From NCBI GenBank assembly GCA_963755125.1, contig CAVWIP010000012.1:150602-214601 (forward strand): a stretch of 64,000 nt of DNA, in the 5' to 3' direction. How positions within the stretch are numbered: the stretch's first letter is position 1; each line of letters starts with the position of its first letter. The position numbers and the translations under genes were made by a program. The notes below the pieces were generated by a model. The model was not told where the DNA came from and did not search any database. It saw only the letters and a program-made list of their open reading frames with translations. The DNA is from an uncultured delta proteobacterium (GTDB taxonomy: Bacteria > Myxococcota_A > Polyangia > Fen-1088). This document shows positions 40,429 through 49,382 of the stretch, piece after piece.

Positions 40429-43400
40429 CTACTCCTTGGAAGTGACCTGGAGATCGTCGGGCAGTTCCGCGACGACACCGCCGGGCGTAATGGGTGTCGA
40501 GACGTAACCGGGCTCCGGCTTCATCTCGGCCGAGAGGGGGTACTCGGCGGGCTTCATCTGGTTGAGCTCCACCTCGCACATGCTCGACCATTCATTGTAC
40601 CAGGACTCCTTGGTGGCGGCCTTGAGGCACAGATCGTAGCCAACCACGGCCTTCGATTCGATGGGCTCAGCCTTGTCGACGAGAGCGTCGCAGAAGATCT
40701 CGCGGGGCCGGTTGCCCCACTCGTCCTGCTCCTTGAGATCCTTGGGGATATCCGCCGTGTAGAGCTGGTTGACGAAATCCGCGTAGACCTGCCCGATGCG
40801 CGCCGAGGCCGCGATCGTCCAGTGCGCCACGTGGTAGTCGAGCACGAAGTCATACAGGCCCTTCTTGTCCGCGCTGGGGCCCGTCAATTTCTCGGCCAGG
40901 GCCGTCTTCTCGGTCATGTACGCAAGGAACTTCTTGCTCGACTCCTCGTACTTCTTCTTCTTGGCCGCCGCGACCTTCGGCTTGTCCCACTGGGTGGGCT
41001 GCTGGAAGTCCAGGCCCGACGGGAACTTCACCCGCAGGAACTTCTCGTAGAGCTCTTCAGCCTGGTAGAAGGCCGCGCCGGCCACGGCGAAGCGGGCAAT
41101 CGCCTCCCGCGCTGTCCGCTCACCCGCACTGGCGCCGGGAATCTTCTTCGCCGCCTCGCCGTGATTCCACAGCTTGAGGACATCTTTGAAGTGCTCCAGG
41201 CCATCCTTGGCGTATTTGGAGCTGCGCTCGAAGACGGTGATCTTCGAGCTGGTGGGCGGACCGCACTGGGTGCGCAGCTTCTCCTTCAGCTTCTTCTTCT
41301 TGTCTTTGATCTTGGAATTGATCTCGGCAAAGACCTTCTGCCGGCCGGTGGCGCTCACGCGCTCGACCTTGATGCAGGCGCCGTTGACGCCTTCCTGCGG
41401 ACAGGAACGCTTCCATGCGATCTCGCCCAACTTGAAGTGGGCGAGAATCTGCTTGTCCACGCCACCCTTGGCGCCCCATTTCTTCAGGTACTCAGTCAGG
41501 TGCTTGACCAGATCGTCGGTCTTGCTTTGCTTTTCGTACACCTCGCTCATCTGGAACACGACGTTGGCCGCATCCTGTGAATCGCGCGTCCCGTAGTACT
41601 TGACGAAGGCGTTCATGTCGTCGACTGCCTTCTCGAACTCGCCCAGCCCGATGCGGAAGGTATAGGCATTACCCAGAGCGGTCCGCGACTGCTTCTCGCC
41701 CGAGAACTTGGTGGCGAACTCCTCGTAGCGCCGGGCTGCCTCGCTGTAGTAGGCGAGCTGGTGATAGCCGCTGGCAATTTGGAAGAGAGCCCGCTGCGCC
41801 AAGGGATCCTTCGGGTGCTTTTCGATCAGCTCCTGGCGCGCCCTGATGGCCTGGCCGACCAGACGCGCGTTCTGGAAACAAAGGCCAGCATTGTAGAGAC
41901 GCTCGGCGTGCTTGGGGTGGTCGGGAATGGTTTCCGCGGCGGCCACGTACGAGATGCCACACTCCTTGTAATTCTTCTCCTTCTCGTATTGCTTGGCTTC
42001 CACCACCAGGCTGTCGGTCTTGAGACCAATCATCTGCTTCTTGAATTCCTGGTCCTTCATGAGGACGGCATTGCCCAGGAACTTCTCAACCGTGGCGAGC
42101 AGCTCCTTGTACTTGCCCATGATGTTGAGACAGTCGAGCAGCAAGTTGGCCGAGTAGATCGCCAACTCGTCGGTCACGTGCTTGTCGACGATGTCCCTGA
42201 ACAGACCCACCGCATCTTCAAAGTGATTGTAGTCGTAGTAGATTCTCGCTTTTCGGTACTTGATCTTCACCAACTCCGGCGCGTCGGGCACGTACTTGAT
42301 GTAGGTGTCGAAGGCCGCGATCATCTTCTGCTGTCCGGCCGGGATCGGGCGCGGCTTCATGTCCTTGTGCTCTTTCTCGGGCATCGCCCCTTCGTCGTTG
42401 ATGTTGAGCGCGTTCTTCCAACCCAGCACCGCTGCATAGGCCGCCTCTTTCACGTACTTTCCCTTGGGGTCCAACTGGACCACCTTGGTATAGGTTTCGG
42501 CGGCCTCGGCCCACTGCTCGGTCACCCACAGAATTTCGCCGAAGAAGAAGGTCATCTCGGGGGTGTCCTTCTCATTGTTGAAGTGATCCAGGTACTCCTT
42601 GTAGATGAGGCGGGTGAGCTGATAGGTGTCGGCGTTCTTGGTCCGTTGCGCTTCCTTGTGCCAGATGAGGGCGAGTTCCTTGGTGGTGTCGTGATAGTTG
42701 TTCTTGCACTCGGTCATCACGTCCTTCTTCACACCCTCCACTTTCGCCATGTGCTCGTAGATCGTGCCGAGGCGCTTGACCTCCTGCACCTGATCCCGCT
42801 TGCTGCCCGAGGACAGGGTGTTACGCAGGATCTTGTATTGCCACTCACACAGGCGCGGTGACTTCTCGTTGAGCGAGATGATCTTGCGGTAAACCTTCGA
42901 TGAGTCGGCGAACATGCCTTGTTCCCAGTACAGCTCGGCCAGTGCCTCCAACATCTTGGGGGCATAGTCTCCACCCATGCGCTGGAAGAACTCCCAGGCC
43001 TTTTCCGGGGACGCTCCCGGGGTTCGCGCGTAGGCCTTGACCAGATCCTTCTTGGCCTCTTTCTCCAAGGGACCGCTTTGGCTCTTGGGGATCTTGCCCG
43101 CCTGACAAAGCTCGATCACGTTGACGAAGATGCCCAGCGCCGACTTGAAGTTGCCCAGGTTGATCTGCGCCCAGCCCTTCTTGTACACGGCGAATCCGTA
43201 GACCGACGACTTGGGGAACTGCTCCACCTTCTCGTAGAACTTGAGCGCGTTCTCCATCTCGCCCTTGCCAAAGAAGTATTCGGCAAAGGACAGGTAAGCG
43301 TTGGGGACGTACTTCGACTGTGGGTAGTCCTTGATGAGGCGGTGGAAGAACTCCCGGGCCTTGTCGTCCTTCTTGATCATCTGCAACAGATAGGCGAGGC

Positions 43401-43965
43401 GGAACAACACCTCGTCCATGCGCTCGTACTTCGGGTGCTTGGACGCCTCCACGTAGTCCTTGACCGCCTCGTTGGCCCACTTCTCGGCCGCCTTCTCGTT
43501 GTCCTGCTGGTCCTTCTTCAGCTTCGCGGCGAGAGAAGTGTTCTTCTTCTGCTCGGCTTGGAAGATCTTCTCGTCGAAGCTGCGTGCCTGCAAGCTGTTG
43601 AAGCGCTGCTTTTCGGCATAGAGCTCGCCCAGCCGGAAATAGAAGTCGGCCTTCTGCGGGTCGTCGTTGGGCGTAATCTTGATGAGTCGGTTGAGCTGGG
43701 AGATCTGCTTGTCGGTGATCTGTTGAATCTTCGCCTGCTGCTGACCGACGAACTGTTCCACCGTCAGAACCGGCCCGGTCTGTTTCTGCTCCTTGGGCGG
43801 CTCCTTTGGTTTCGTCAGCTCGGTCTGGGCCGCGCCCTGGACCTCCAGTTCCTTCTTCTTGTACTTCGCGTCAGCGAAAGCCGTCCCCAAGCCTGCCACC
43901 ATGCTGACGAGGACGATGCCGAGCGAGGCACCGCGTATGGAACGTCGTTGATCCTTCATGTTCAT
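40429..43965 (-). CDS. gltD: Large secreted TPR-domain protein (1178 aa), GltD/AgmU-like
   Basis: Signal peptide MNMKDQRRSIRGASLGIVLVSMVAGLGTAFA with TPR units throughout. It is strongly Lys-rich, which locally lowers the GC content. It is the first Glt-like gene of the block. Confidence 0.65.
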   Translation of the reverse strand: MNMKDQRRSIRGASLGIVLVSMVAGLGTAFADAKYKKKELEVQGAAQTELTKPKEPPKEQKQTGPVLTVEQFVGQQQAKIQQITDKQISQLNRLIKITPNDDPQKADFYFRLGELYAEKQRFNSLQARSFDEKIFQAEQKKNTSLAAKLKKDQQDNEKAAEKWANEAVKDYVEASKHPKYERMDEVLFRLAYLLQMIKKDDKAREFFHRLIKDYPQSKYVPNAYLSFAEYFFGKGEMENALKFYEKVEQFPKSSVYGFAVYKKGWAQINLGNFKSALGIFVNVIELCQAGKIPKSQSGPLEKEAKKDLVKAYARTPGASPEKAWEFFQRMGGDYAPKMLEALAELYWEQGMFADSSKVYRKIISLNEKSPRLCEWQYKILRNTLSSGSKRDQVQEVKRLGTIYEHMAKVEGVKKDVMTECKNNYHDTTKELALIWHKEAQRTKNADTYQLTRLIYKEYLDHFNNEKDTPEMTFFFGEILWVTEQWAEAAETYTKVVQLDPKGKYVKEAAYAAVLGWKNALNINDEGAMPEKEHKDMKPRPIPAGQQKMIAAFDTYIKYVPDAPELVKIKYRKARIYYDYNHFEDAVGLFRDIVDKHVTDELAIYSANLLLDCLNIMGKYKELLATVEKFLGNAVLMKDQEFKKQMIGLKTDSLVVEAKQYEKEKNYKECGISYVAAAETIPDHPKHAERLYNAGLCFQNARLVGQAIRARQELIEKHPKDPLAQRALFQIASGYHQLAYYSEAARRYEEFATKFSGEKQSRTALGNAYTFRIGLGEFEKAVDDMNAFVKYYGTRDSQDAANVVFQMSEVYEKQSKTDDLVKHLTEYLKKWGAKGGVDKQILAHFKLGEIAWKRSCPQEGVNGACIKVERVSATGRQKVFAEINSKIKDKKKKLKEKLRTQCGPPTSSKITVFERSSKYAKDGLEHFKDVLKLWNHGEAAKKIPGASAGERTAREAIARFAVAGAAFYQAEELYEKFLRVKFPSGLDFQQPTQWDKPKVAAAKKKKYEESSKKFLAYMTEKTALAEKLTGPSADKKGLYDFVLDYHVAHWTIAASARIGQVYADFVNQLYTADIPKDLKEQDEWGNRPREIFCDALVDKAEPIESKAVVGYDLCLKAATKESWYNEWSSMCEVELNQMKPAEYPLSAEMKPEPGYVSTPITPGGVVAELPDDLQVTSKE

Positions 43966-43993
43966 TTCCCTTGCTTAGCTGATCTGGGTCCGG

Positions 43994-45742
43994 TCAGGGC
44001 GTCTCGCCCGCCGGTGCCGATTCCGGCGCGGGCGCTTCGGCCGGCGTTTCGCCGCCTTCTGGCACAGGAGCCCCTTCTCCACCACTGGCCGGCGCCCCTT
44101 CGGGTCCCGCGCTTCCATGCACACACTTGTTCAGGAGCTTGTACCGGTAGTAGCCGAGTTCATCGCGCCAATACTCCCCCAGGAACGGCCAGAACTCGTG
44201 TTCGTCATCGATACGGACGTTGCTGATGTCCTTGGCGCGGCCGGCACCGCCAGTCATTGTCTCAGCCTTGACGTCCTCTTCCAACTGGCCCTTTTCACCC
44301 TGGAGAATCTCGTACTCGATCTTGATCACGCGGGTTATGAGCTGGCGAAACTCATTCACCAGGCGTTCGACGCGCTTGCGAGCGATTTCGCCGGTTTCAT
44401 TGACGGCCAAGGCGCGGGTCACGCCGATTTCGGAATAGATGGTCGTGGCCACCGCGGTGCTCTTCCACGCGGCATCGGCCTTCTCATGCTGAATCAGCTC
44501 GCGGTCGAGTTCTCGTATGGCGTCGAAGCGCCGGACCAGGCTGCGGTCAGACATGACCGCTCGCGCCGCCCGTTCAACCGCCGGAGGCAGTCCCGATCTG
44601 CCACTGCGAATCTTCACCGCCAGATCATAGAACTGATCGTTGGCGGTGTGGCTGGCCAGTGCCTGGGCCAGGCCTTCCGCCACCTGGGGCACCCAGTCGT
44701 TAAACTCCTGGATGGCACTGGCGGCCCGGTCGAAGAGGCAATTATAGAAATAGATGGTCGCCTTGACTGTCAAAGCCTCGGCCACTGACTCTGGCTTGAT
44801 GAAGTACTCGAAGAACGGGGCGCGCAGGGTGTGAATGTTGCCAAGTGCCTTTGAATACCCCTGTTGCTTGAGCATGAAGTTGGCCCACGATGCCTCGAAC
44901 AGACTGTTGGGCCAGTCATACGACTCGGGTGAAACCCGATCGAAGTACTTGGTCGCCATCTCGAACTGGCCGGTGGAATAGAAGACCCGAGCGAGGGAGA
45001 GATTGGCCAGATCCTGGAAGGGCTTGACCTTCGGATCCTGACTCTCCTCGGCAGCCCGCAGCACCGCTTTGAACGCGTCGACCGCCGGCTTCGCGGCATA
45101 TTCACGCACGTGGGTCGCGCCTTCGAACAGCTTGGCCTGCGGGTAGAACGCACTCTTGGCCGGCACCAAGTTGAAAAGCGAAACGGCTTCCTGGAACTTG
45201 CCCTTATTGTAGTTGTACTTGCCCAATAGGAAGTACAGCTCGTCGCGCACCGCCTCGAGCTGCGGGGCTTCCAGTTCCTGTCGGTTGTACTTGCCGATCT
45301 TCTCCAGGACGGCGGCGGAATCCACCGGCTGATGGGTGAGCGAAGCCAGCCACTGCAGGGTTTCATTGTAGTGGGGATGGGCAGGACCCTTCTGCACAAC
45401 GCGATCGAAGTAACTCAACGCTGCCGAAAAGAACTTCAGCTTGAACAGCGTCTTGCCCATCATGAACTCGGCCCGCATTCTCGCGTCCACGCCCGCCTCG
45501 CCCTCGATGGCCTTGTTGAACTCAATGGAGGCCATGTAGTAGTCACCGCGCTGGTAGAACTTCTCAGCGCGCTCGAGCGCGGGCGACGGCTCACCCGCTG
45601 ACTTGGGGTTCGATTGCGTATCGGCCGCGGGCGTGGCGGCGGCCGGCTTGTTCTTCTTCCGTCTTTGCGCCCAGGCATCGGACGTCACCGTCAGGGTGAG
45701 GGCGAGAAGCAGGAACAATGCACAACCCTTTTCACGGCTCAT
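43994..45742 (-). CDS. Secreted TPR-containing protein (583 aa), an additional putative Glt-associated periplasmic component
   Basis: Signal peptide MSREKGCALFLLLALTLTVTSDAWA, TPR-like repeats, and an Ala/Pro/Glu-rich C-terminal tail. It is co-directional and 28 bp upstream of the gltD-like gene. Confidence 0.55.
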   Translation of the reverse strand: MSREKGCALFLLLALTLTVTSDAWAQRRKKNKPAAATPAADTQSNPKSAGEPSPALERAEKFYQRGDYYMASIEFNKAIEGEAGVDARMRAEFMMGKTLFKLKFFSAALSYFDRVVQKGPAHPHYNETLQWLASLTHQPVDSAAVLEKIGKYNRQELEAPQLEAVRDELYFLLGKYNYNKGKFQEAVSLFNLVPAKSAFYPQAKLFEGATHVREYAAKPAVDAFKAVLRAAEESQDPKVKPFQDLANLSLARVFYSTGQFEMATKYFDRVSPESYDWPNSLFEASWANFMLKQQGYSKALGNIHTLRAPFFEYFIKPESVAEALTVKATIYFYNCLFDRAASAIQEFNDWVPQVAEGLAQALASHTANDQFYDLAVKIRSGRSGLPPAVERAARAVMSDRSLVRRFDAIRELDRELIQHEKADAAWKSTAVATTIYSEIGVTRALAVNETGEIARKRVERLVNEFRQLITRVIKIEYEILQGEKGQLEEDVKAETMTGGAGRAKDISNVRIDDEHEFWPFLGEYWRDELGYYRYKLLNKCVHGSAGPEGAPASGGEGAPVPEGGETPAEAPAPESAPAGETP

Positions 45743-46148
45743 GGATGGACCTCGCTCGGTGACGCCCACCTCGGAAGAATTCGGCGGGCAATTGGTGGAA
45801 GAACTGCTCAAATGTTTTGGTGTCGCCGACCCGGCCGCACGACCGTAAGCTAGTGTCTAGGTGTTTGCGGGGCTTCAACTCGAAAACCGTGGCGATCGTG
45901 TCGGAGACGCTACCGTCGGTGTCTGGCCTGGAAACCGCGCCATCCTAGGCACGCGGATCTGAGGTGTCAAGCGAGAACATCCCACCCCGGACCGCGCTCA
46001 ACTACGCGAATCTTCGGAACAATATGTCGCCCCGCGGGGCTGCGATTCCCTGTTGACAGGAGCCTTCGCGACGCTAAGATGACCGACGATTGCTACCTCA
46101 CCGTGCTTGCCCTCGGCTTCGGCCGAACCGGACAGGAGGAGTCCTTCG

Positions 46149-46646
46149 ATGAGCCCGAAACTGCGTATCCCGTCTCGCCGCCTGTGGATGGCGCTTGTTC
46201 GTGTCTCCTTGCTTGGAGCGTCCCTTCTCGCCCTTGCCGTCTTTGGCAGCATGGCCTGCGAGGACAACGGGATTGGCCGTCCCTGCGATATCTTGGTTGA
46301 CGCTGGTCAGACGCAGGCCGTTTACAATCCTCAGGCGCTCGAGTGCCCGAGCCGGATCTGCCTCAAGCCCGTCAATGAGAACAGTGCGAACGTAACGACT
46401 GGCCCCTACTGCTCGGCGACATGCTCAAGCGATAGCGACTGCAGTGGACAGAAGAAGGACATGAGTGACAATAGCGACCACCGCTGCGCAACAGGCTACG
46501 CCTGCGGTGTGGCCTTCGTTGTCGGCGCGCTCTGCTGCCAGAAGCTCTGCCTCTGCAAGGACTTCCTGGTCGCCGGGGCCGGTCTGACGACGCCGACCGC
46601 CTGTGACCCCAAGCTGAACAACGGAAAGACGGCCTGCGATCAGTAG
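46149..46646 (+). CDS. Cys-rich lipoprotein (165 aa, 16 Cys), hypothetical
   Basis: RBS aggagg, ATG 46149. Lipobox LAVFGSMAC, then a Cys-rich mature part (CATGYACGVAFVVGALCCQKLCLCKDF...). Confidence 0.55.
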   Translation: MSPKLRIPSRRLWMALVRVSLLGASLLALAVFGSMACEDNGIGRPCDILVDAGQTQAVYNPQALECPSRICLKPVNENSANVTTGPYCSATCSSDSDCSGQKKDMSDNSDHRCATGYACGVAFVVGALCCQKLCLCKDFLVAGAGLTTPTACDPKLNNGKTACDQ

Positions 46647-46658
46647 CGAACGGCGGGG

Positions 46659-47041
46659 ATGGGTGCCCGCGCAACGCGGGACGCGCGGCGGTTGGTGCAC
46701 GCGCCGAGGCTCTGGCTGCCGCCCTGCTGGAAGCGCGTGGCTATCGCATCGTCGAGCGAAACTGGCGCCGCCCCCAGGGAGAATTGGACTTGGTGGCGGA
46801 ATATCGAGGCATCCTTGTCTTCGTCGAGGTCCGCTCGCGCACGGGTGAGGAACGCGGGCATCCTCTTGAAACGGTGAATGCTCGCAAGCGAGCCCGCGTC
46901 GTGCGCGCCGCTCGCCTGTACCTGGAAGACAACCAGCCCACTGCTACGGCATTCCGTTTCGATGTCGTAGGGGTGACCTTCGCTTGCGACGGGGCTCCGC
47001 CCACAATGACTCACGTGGAAGACGCGTTTCGCGTGGGTTGA
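46659..47041 (+). CDS. yraN: YraN-family (UPF0102) endonuclease. The 5' end is disrupted by an apparent single-base frameshift.
   Basis: Frame 2 encodes ...GARAEALAAALLEARGYRIVERNWRRPQGELDLVAEYRGILVFVEVRSRTGE...RFDVVGV, the YraN signature. The only upstream ATG (46659, MGARATRDARRL) is in frame 0. Restoring one G in ttgg(g)tgca gives MGARATRDARRLGARAEALAAALLEARGY..., a complete 128-aa YraN. Confidence 0.6.
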
Positions 47042-47047
47042 GGCTGT

Positions 47048-47197
47048 TCACTCACATGGGAACCCTGGAAGGGTTCCCATCCCCTCCCGCGATGGTCCGC
47101 CGCCGGCGAGGGCGCGCGCGAAGCGCGCGGGGTGGGCAGGGTGGCGGGTCGTCCCAAAGTCCCCGCAGGGGGCAAAGCCGGCGGGCTCCCCACGCGA
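47048..47197. repeat. Palindromic MITE/REP-like element, copy A. It fills the yraN / rplS convergent intergenic region.
   Basis: Perfect 25-bp palindrome ATGGGAACCCTGGAAGGGTTCCCAT (47056-47080), then a conserved body CCCCTCCCGCGATGGTCCGCCGCCGGCGAGGGCGCGCGCGAAGCGCGCGGGGTGGGCAGGGTGG...AAGTCCCCGCAGGGGG. The body is shared with copy B and, in reverse orientation, with copy C. Confidence 0.75.
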
Positions 47198-47632
47198 CTA
47201 CACCACGCTGGGCGCTTCGCCGTCGATAGCAGGAACGGCCTCTTCGGGAGCCGAACCGCCAACCTCTCCCTGCTCCACAACGCTGCGCTCACCCTTGATA
47301 CGCGCCGCGCGGCCCTGCAGATCCCGCAGATAGTTGAGACGAGCCCGGCGTACGCGCCCGCGCTGCACAATCTCAATCTTCTCGATCCGGCTCGTGTGCA
47401 GAGGGAAGATGCGCTCGACGCCCACGCCATACGAGATCTTGCGCACAGTAAACGATGCGCAAGCCGAGCCGGAGCGCCGGTCAATGCACACACCCTCGAA
47501 TATCTGGACGCGCTCCTTTTCGCCTTCTTTGATCAGGGTGTGAACCCTAACGCTGTCACCCGGCCGAAAATCCGGAATGTTGTCCCGCCGGTAGGCATTC
47601 TCGATCGCTCGTATCAGGGGGTGCGTGCTCAT
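47198..47632 (-). CDS. rplS: 50S ribosomal protein L19, with a C-terminal extension of about 30 aa
   Basis: [50 protein letters not shown]...[22 protein letters not shown], then an extra tail [28 protein letters not shown]. The start was trimmed to ATG 47630-47632. Confidence 0.85.
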   Translation of the reverse strand: MSTHPLIRAIENAYRRDNIPDFRPGDSVRVHTLIKEGEKERVQIFEGVCIDRRSGSACASFTVRKISYGVGVERIFPLHTSRIEKIEIVQRGRVRRARLNYLRDLQGRAARIKGERSVVEQGEVGGSAPEEAVPAIDGEAPSVV

Positions 47633-47689
47633 GGGTCCGCTCGATGCAGGGGCGTATTTACTACGCGGAAGGAGGCCGGCAGTCAACAC

Positions 47690-47977
47690 TTACATGGGAA
47701 CCCTGGGAGGGTTCCCATATCCCTCTCGCGCTCTGGCTCTGGCGGGCTAAGCCCGCCTTCGCCTACGCGATCATGGGAACACAAAGACCTCGCCTAGCCC
47801 TTCGGCCCCCACACCTGCCCCCCCCGACGCTCGCTTCTCTCGGCCTCACCTCCCGCGATGGTGCGCCACGCGCGGCACTGGCAGAGCGGCGGGCAACGAG
47901 GGCGCGCGCGCGGCGCGCGGGGCAGGCAGGGTGGGGTTGTTGGTCCCGAAGTCCCCGAAGGGGGAGCCCGCCTTCGC
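47690..47977. repeat. Palindromic MITE/REP-like element, copy B. This composite or nested copy fills the trmD-rplS intergenic region.
   Basis: Palindrome ATGGGAACCCTGGGAGGGTTCCCAT (47694-47718). A half-palindrome ATGGGAAC lies at 47774. The body CTCCCGCGATGGTGCGCC...CGAGGGCGCGCGCGCGGCGCGCGGGGCAGGCAGGGTGG...AAGTCCCCGAAGGGGG is homologous to copy A. A 22-bp direct repeat GCCCGCCTTCGCCTACGCGATC at 47751-47772 and 47966-47987 flanks about 195 bp, resembling a target-site duplication. Confidence 0.7.
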
Positions 47978-48763
47978 CTACGCGATCCCATCCAGCTCGG
48001 CGAGCAGGGCCCTGTCTTCTTCGGTCAGCGGGTACCGGTCGATCAGGTCAGGACGGCGCAACAACGTACGCCGCAGTGCTTCTCGCCGACGCCAACGTGC
48101 CACTCGGGCATGGTTACCTGAAAGCAACACGTCTGGAACACCCAGCCCGCGGTAGACGGGAGGCCGGGTCCACTGAGGAAACTCCAGTCGGCCGACCGAG
48201 AAAGACTCTTCCACCACCGACTCCCCGCAACCGAGCACTCCCGGCACCAAGCGCGCGGTGGCCTCGATGATGACAGCGGCCGCAACCTCGCCGCCAGCCA
48301 ACACATAATCCCCGATGCTCACCGACTCGTCGGCGTAGATCTGGGCGATGCGCTCGTCCAGACCCTCATAGCGGCCGCAGATGAGCATGATGTGGCCGCG
48401 AGCCGTCAAGTCTGCGGCACACTTCTGGTCGAACAGTCGCCCTGACGGTGTGAGCAGGATCCGATACGCTCGCCCGCGCCGAGTCTCGACATCGTCAATG
48501 GCCGCCGCGACGGGTTCCGGGCGCAAGATCATGCCAGGTCCGCCGCCGTAGGGCGAGTCGTCGACCTGACGATGGCGGCCTGGCGCGAAGTCTCGCGGGT
48601 TGGTTCTCTCGACGGAGATGAGGCCGCTGCTGACAGCCTTTCCCAGCAGGCTGGCCTGGAGGAAGGAAGTGAACACCTCGGGAAACAGGGTGACAATCTC
48701 AACCACAAGCCGAGGTGACGTCGCGCCACCAACGTCGTCTGTGTCGAGCCGACCATCACTCAT
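47978..48763 (-). CDS. trmD: tRNA (guanine37-N1)-methyltransferase
   Basis: Motifs ...VVEIVTLFPEVF..., DDSPYGGGPGMIL, IMLICGRYEGLDERI and the SIGDYVLAGGE knot motif. The start is ATG 48763, or the internal GTG of LVVEIV. Confidence 0.85.
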   Translation of the reverse strand: MSDGRLDTDDVGGATSPRLVVEIVTLFPEVFTSFLQASLLGKAVSSGLISVERTNPRDFAPGRHRQVDDSPYGGGPGMILRPEPVAAAIDDVETRRGRAYRILLTPSGRLFDQKCAADLTARGHIMLICGRYEGLDERIAQIYADESVSIGDYVLAGGEVAAAVIIEATARLVPGVLGCGESVVEESFSVGRLEFPQWTRPPVYRGLGVPDVLLSGNHARVARWRRREALRRTLLRRPDLIDRYPLTEEDRALLAELDGIA

Positions 48764-49358
48764 GAGGATCAACCACCACTCGTTTCGTCGAACGGTCGAT
48801 CGCCACAATGAACTCGGGCACCGCGGGAAGCAACCGCTCGTCCGTCTCCCCGCTCCCAATCACCATGACGTCGTGACCGCCGTTCCAGAACACCTTACGC
48901 ACAACGCCCAGACTGCATCCCTCGCTGTCTTCGACCAGGCAGCCGACCAGGTCCTCCACGTAGAACTCGCCCGCTCCCAACGGCGGAAGCGTCGTCCTAC
49001 GCAACCACAACTCCCGCCCGGTCAGAGACGCCGCCTCCTTTCGCGTCGAAATGCCCTCCAGCCTGAGCAGAAATCCGTCGACAATTCGCCGAATCGCCGT
49101 GACCGTGGCCAGCGTTTCCGAGCCCGGTCGCGTGGAGAGCCCGCCGACTTCGTCGGCGGCGGACCGCCGCGGGAGGGTTTGGGAACCCTTCCGGGGTTCC
49201 CATGTCAACCCCCCAATCGCCACCTCTAGCGGCAGCGCAACGGTGTCCAGTCGCCAACCGCTGGAGTGAAAAGGGCGGAGGCTGATCTCGCCAGTAGTGC
49301 CGTGCGGCCGCCCCAAGGTTCCAAAGGGCAGACTCTCGGAAAGCACGCTGTGACCCAC
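48756..49358 (-). CDS. rimM: Ribosome maturation factor RimM, carrying an in-frame 75-bp repeat-element insertion
   Basis: GTG start at 49356-49358. N-terminal barrel LGRPHGTTGEISLRPF, PRC barrel GAGEFYVEDLVGCLVEDSEGCSLGVVRKV...DVMVIG. An extra segment LTWEPRKGSQTLPRRSAADEVGGLS is encoded by repeat copy C. Confidence 0.8.
   Translation of the reverse strand: MGHSVLSESLPFGTLGRPHGTTGEISLRPFHSSGWRLDTVALPLEVAIGGLTWEPRKGSQTLPRRSAADEVGGLSTRPGSETLATVTAIRRIVDGFLLRLEGISTRKEAASLTGRELWLRRTTLPPLGAGEFYVEDLVGCLVEDSEGCSLGVVRKVFWNGGHDVMVIGSGETDERLLPAVPEFIVAIDRSTKRVVVDPHE
49135..49210. repeat. Palindromic MITE/REP-like element, copy C, in reverse orientation and inserted in-frame within rimM
   Basis: The plus strand ...GTCGGCGGCGGACCGCCGCGGGAGGGTTTGGGAACCCTTCCGGGGTTCCCATG is the reverse complement of the copy-A core (CATGGGAACCC..GGGTTCCCA-CCCTCCCGCG-TGGTCCGCCGCCG). 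The stem is GGGAACCC/GGGTTCCC with a 5-nt loop. Confidence 0.7.
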
Positions 49359-49382
49359 TGAGCGCAGCGGAGAACCCCCGCG

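Noticed and set aside
38500-44000. Lower-GC stretch suggesting foreign DNA inside the glt block
   Set aside because: It is explained by the Lys/Glu-rich composition (AAG/GAG codons) of the gltD- and gltE-like proteins, not by an insertion.
46107-46148. ORF-track start at 46107 for the Cys-rich lipoprotein
   Set aside because: The ATG at 46149 is preceded by an aggagg RBS and begins a typical lipoprotein signal peptide. The upstream codons are Pro/Arg-rich.
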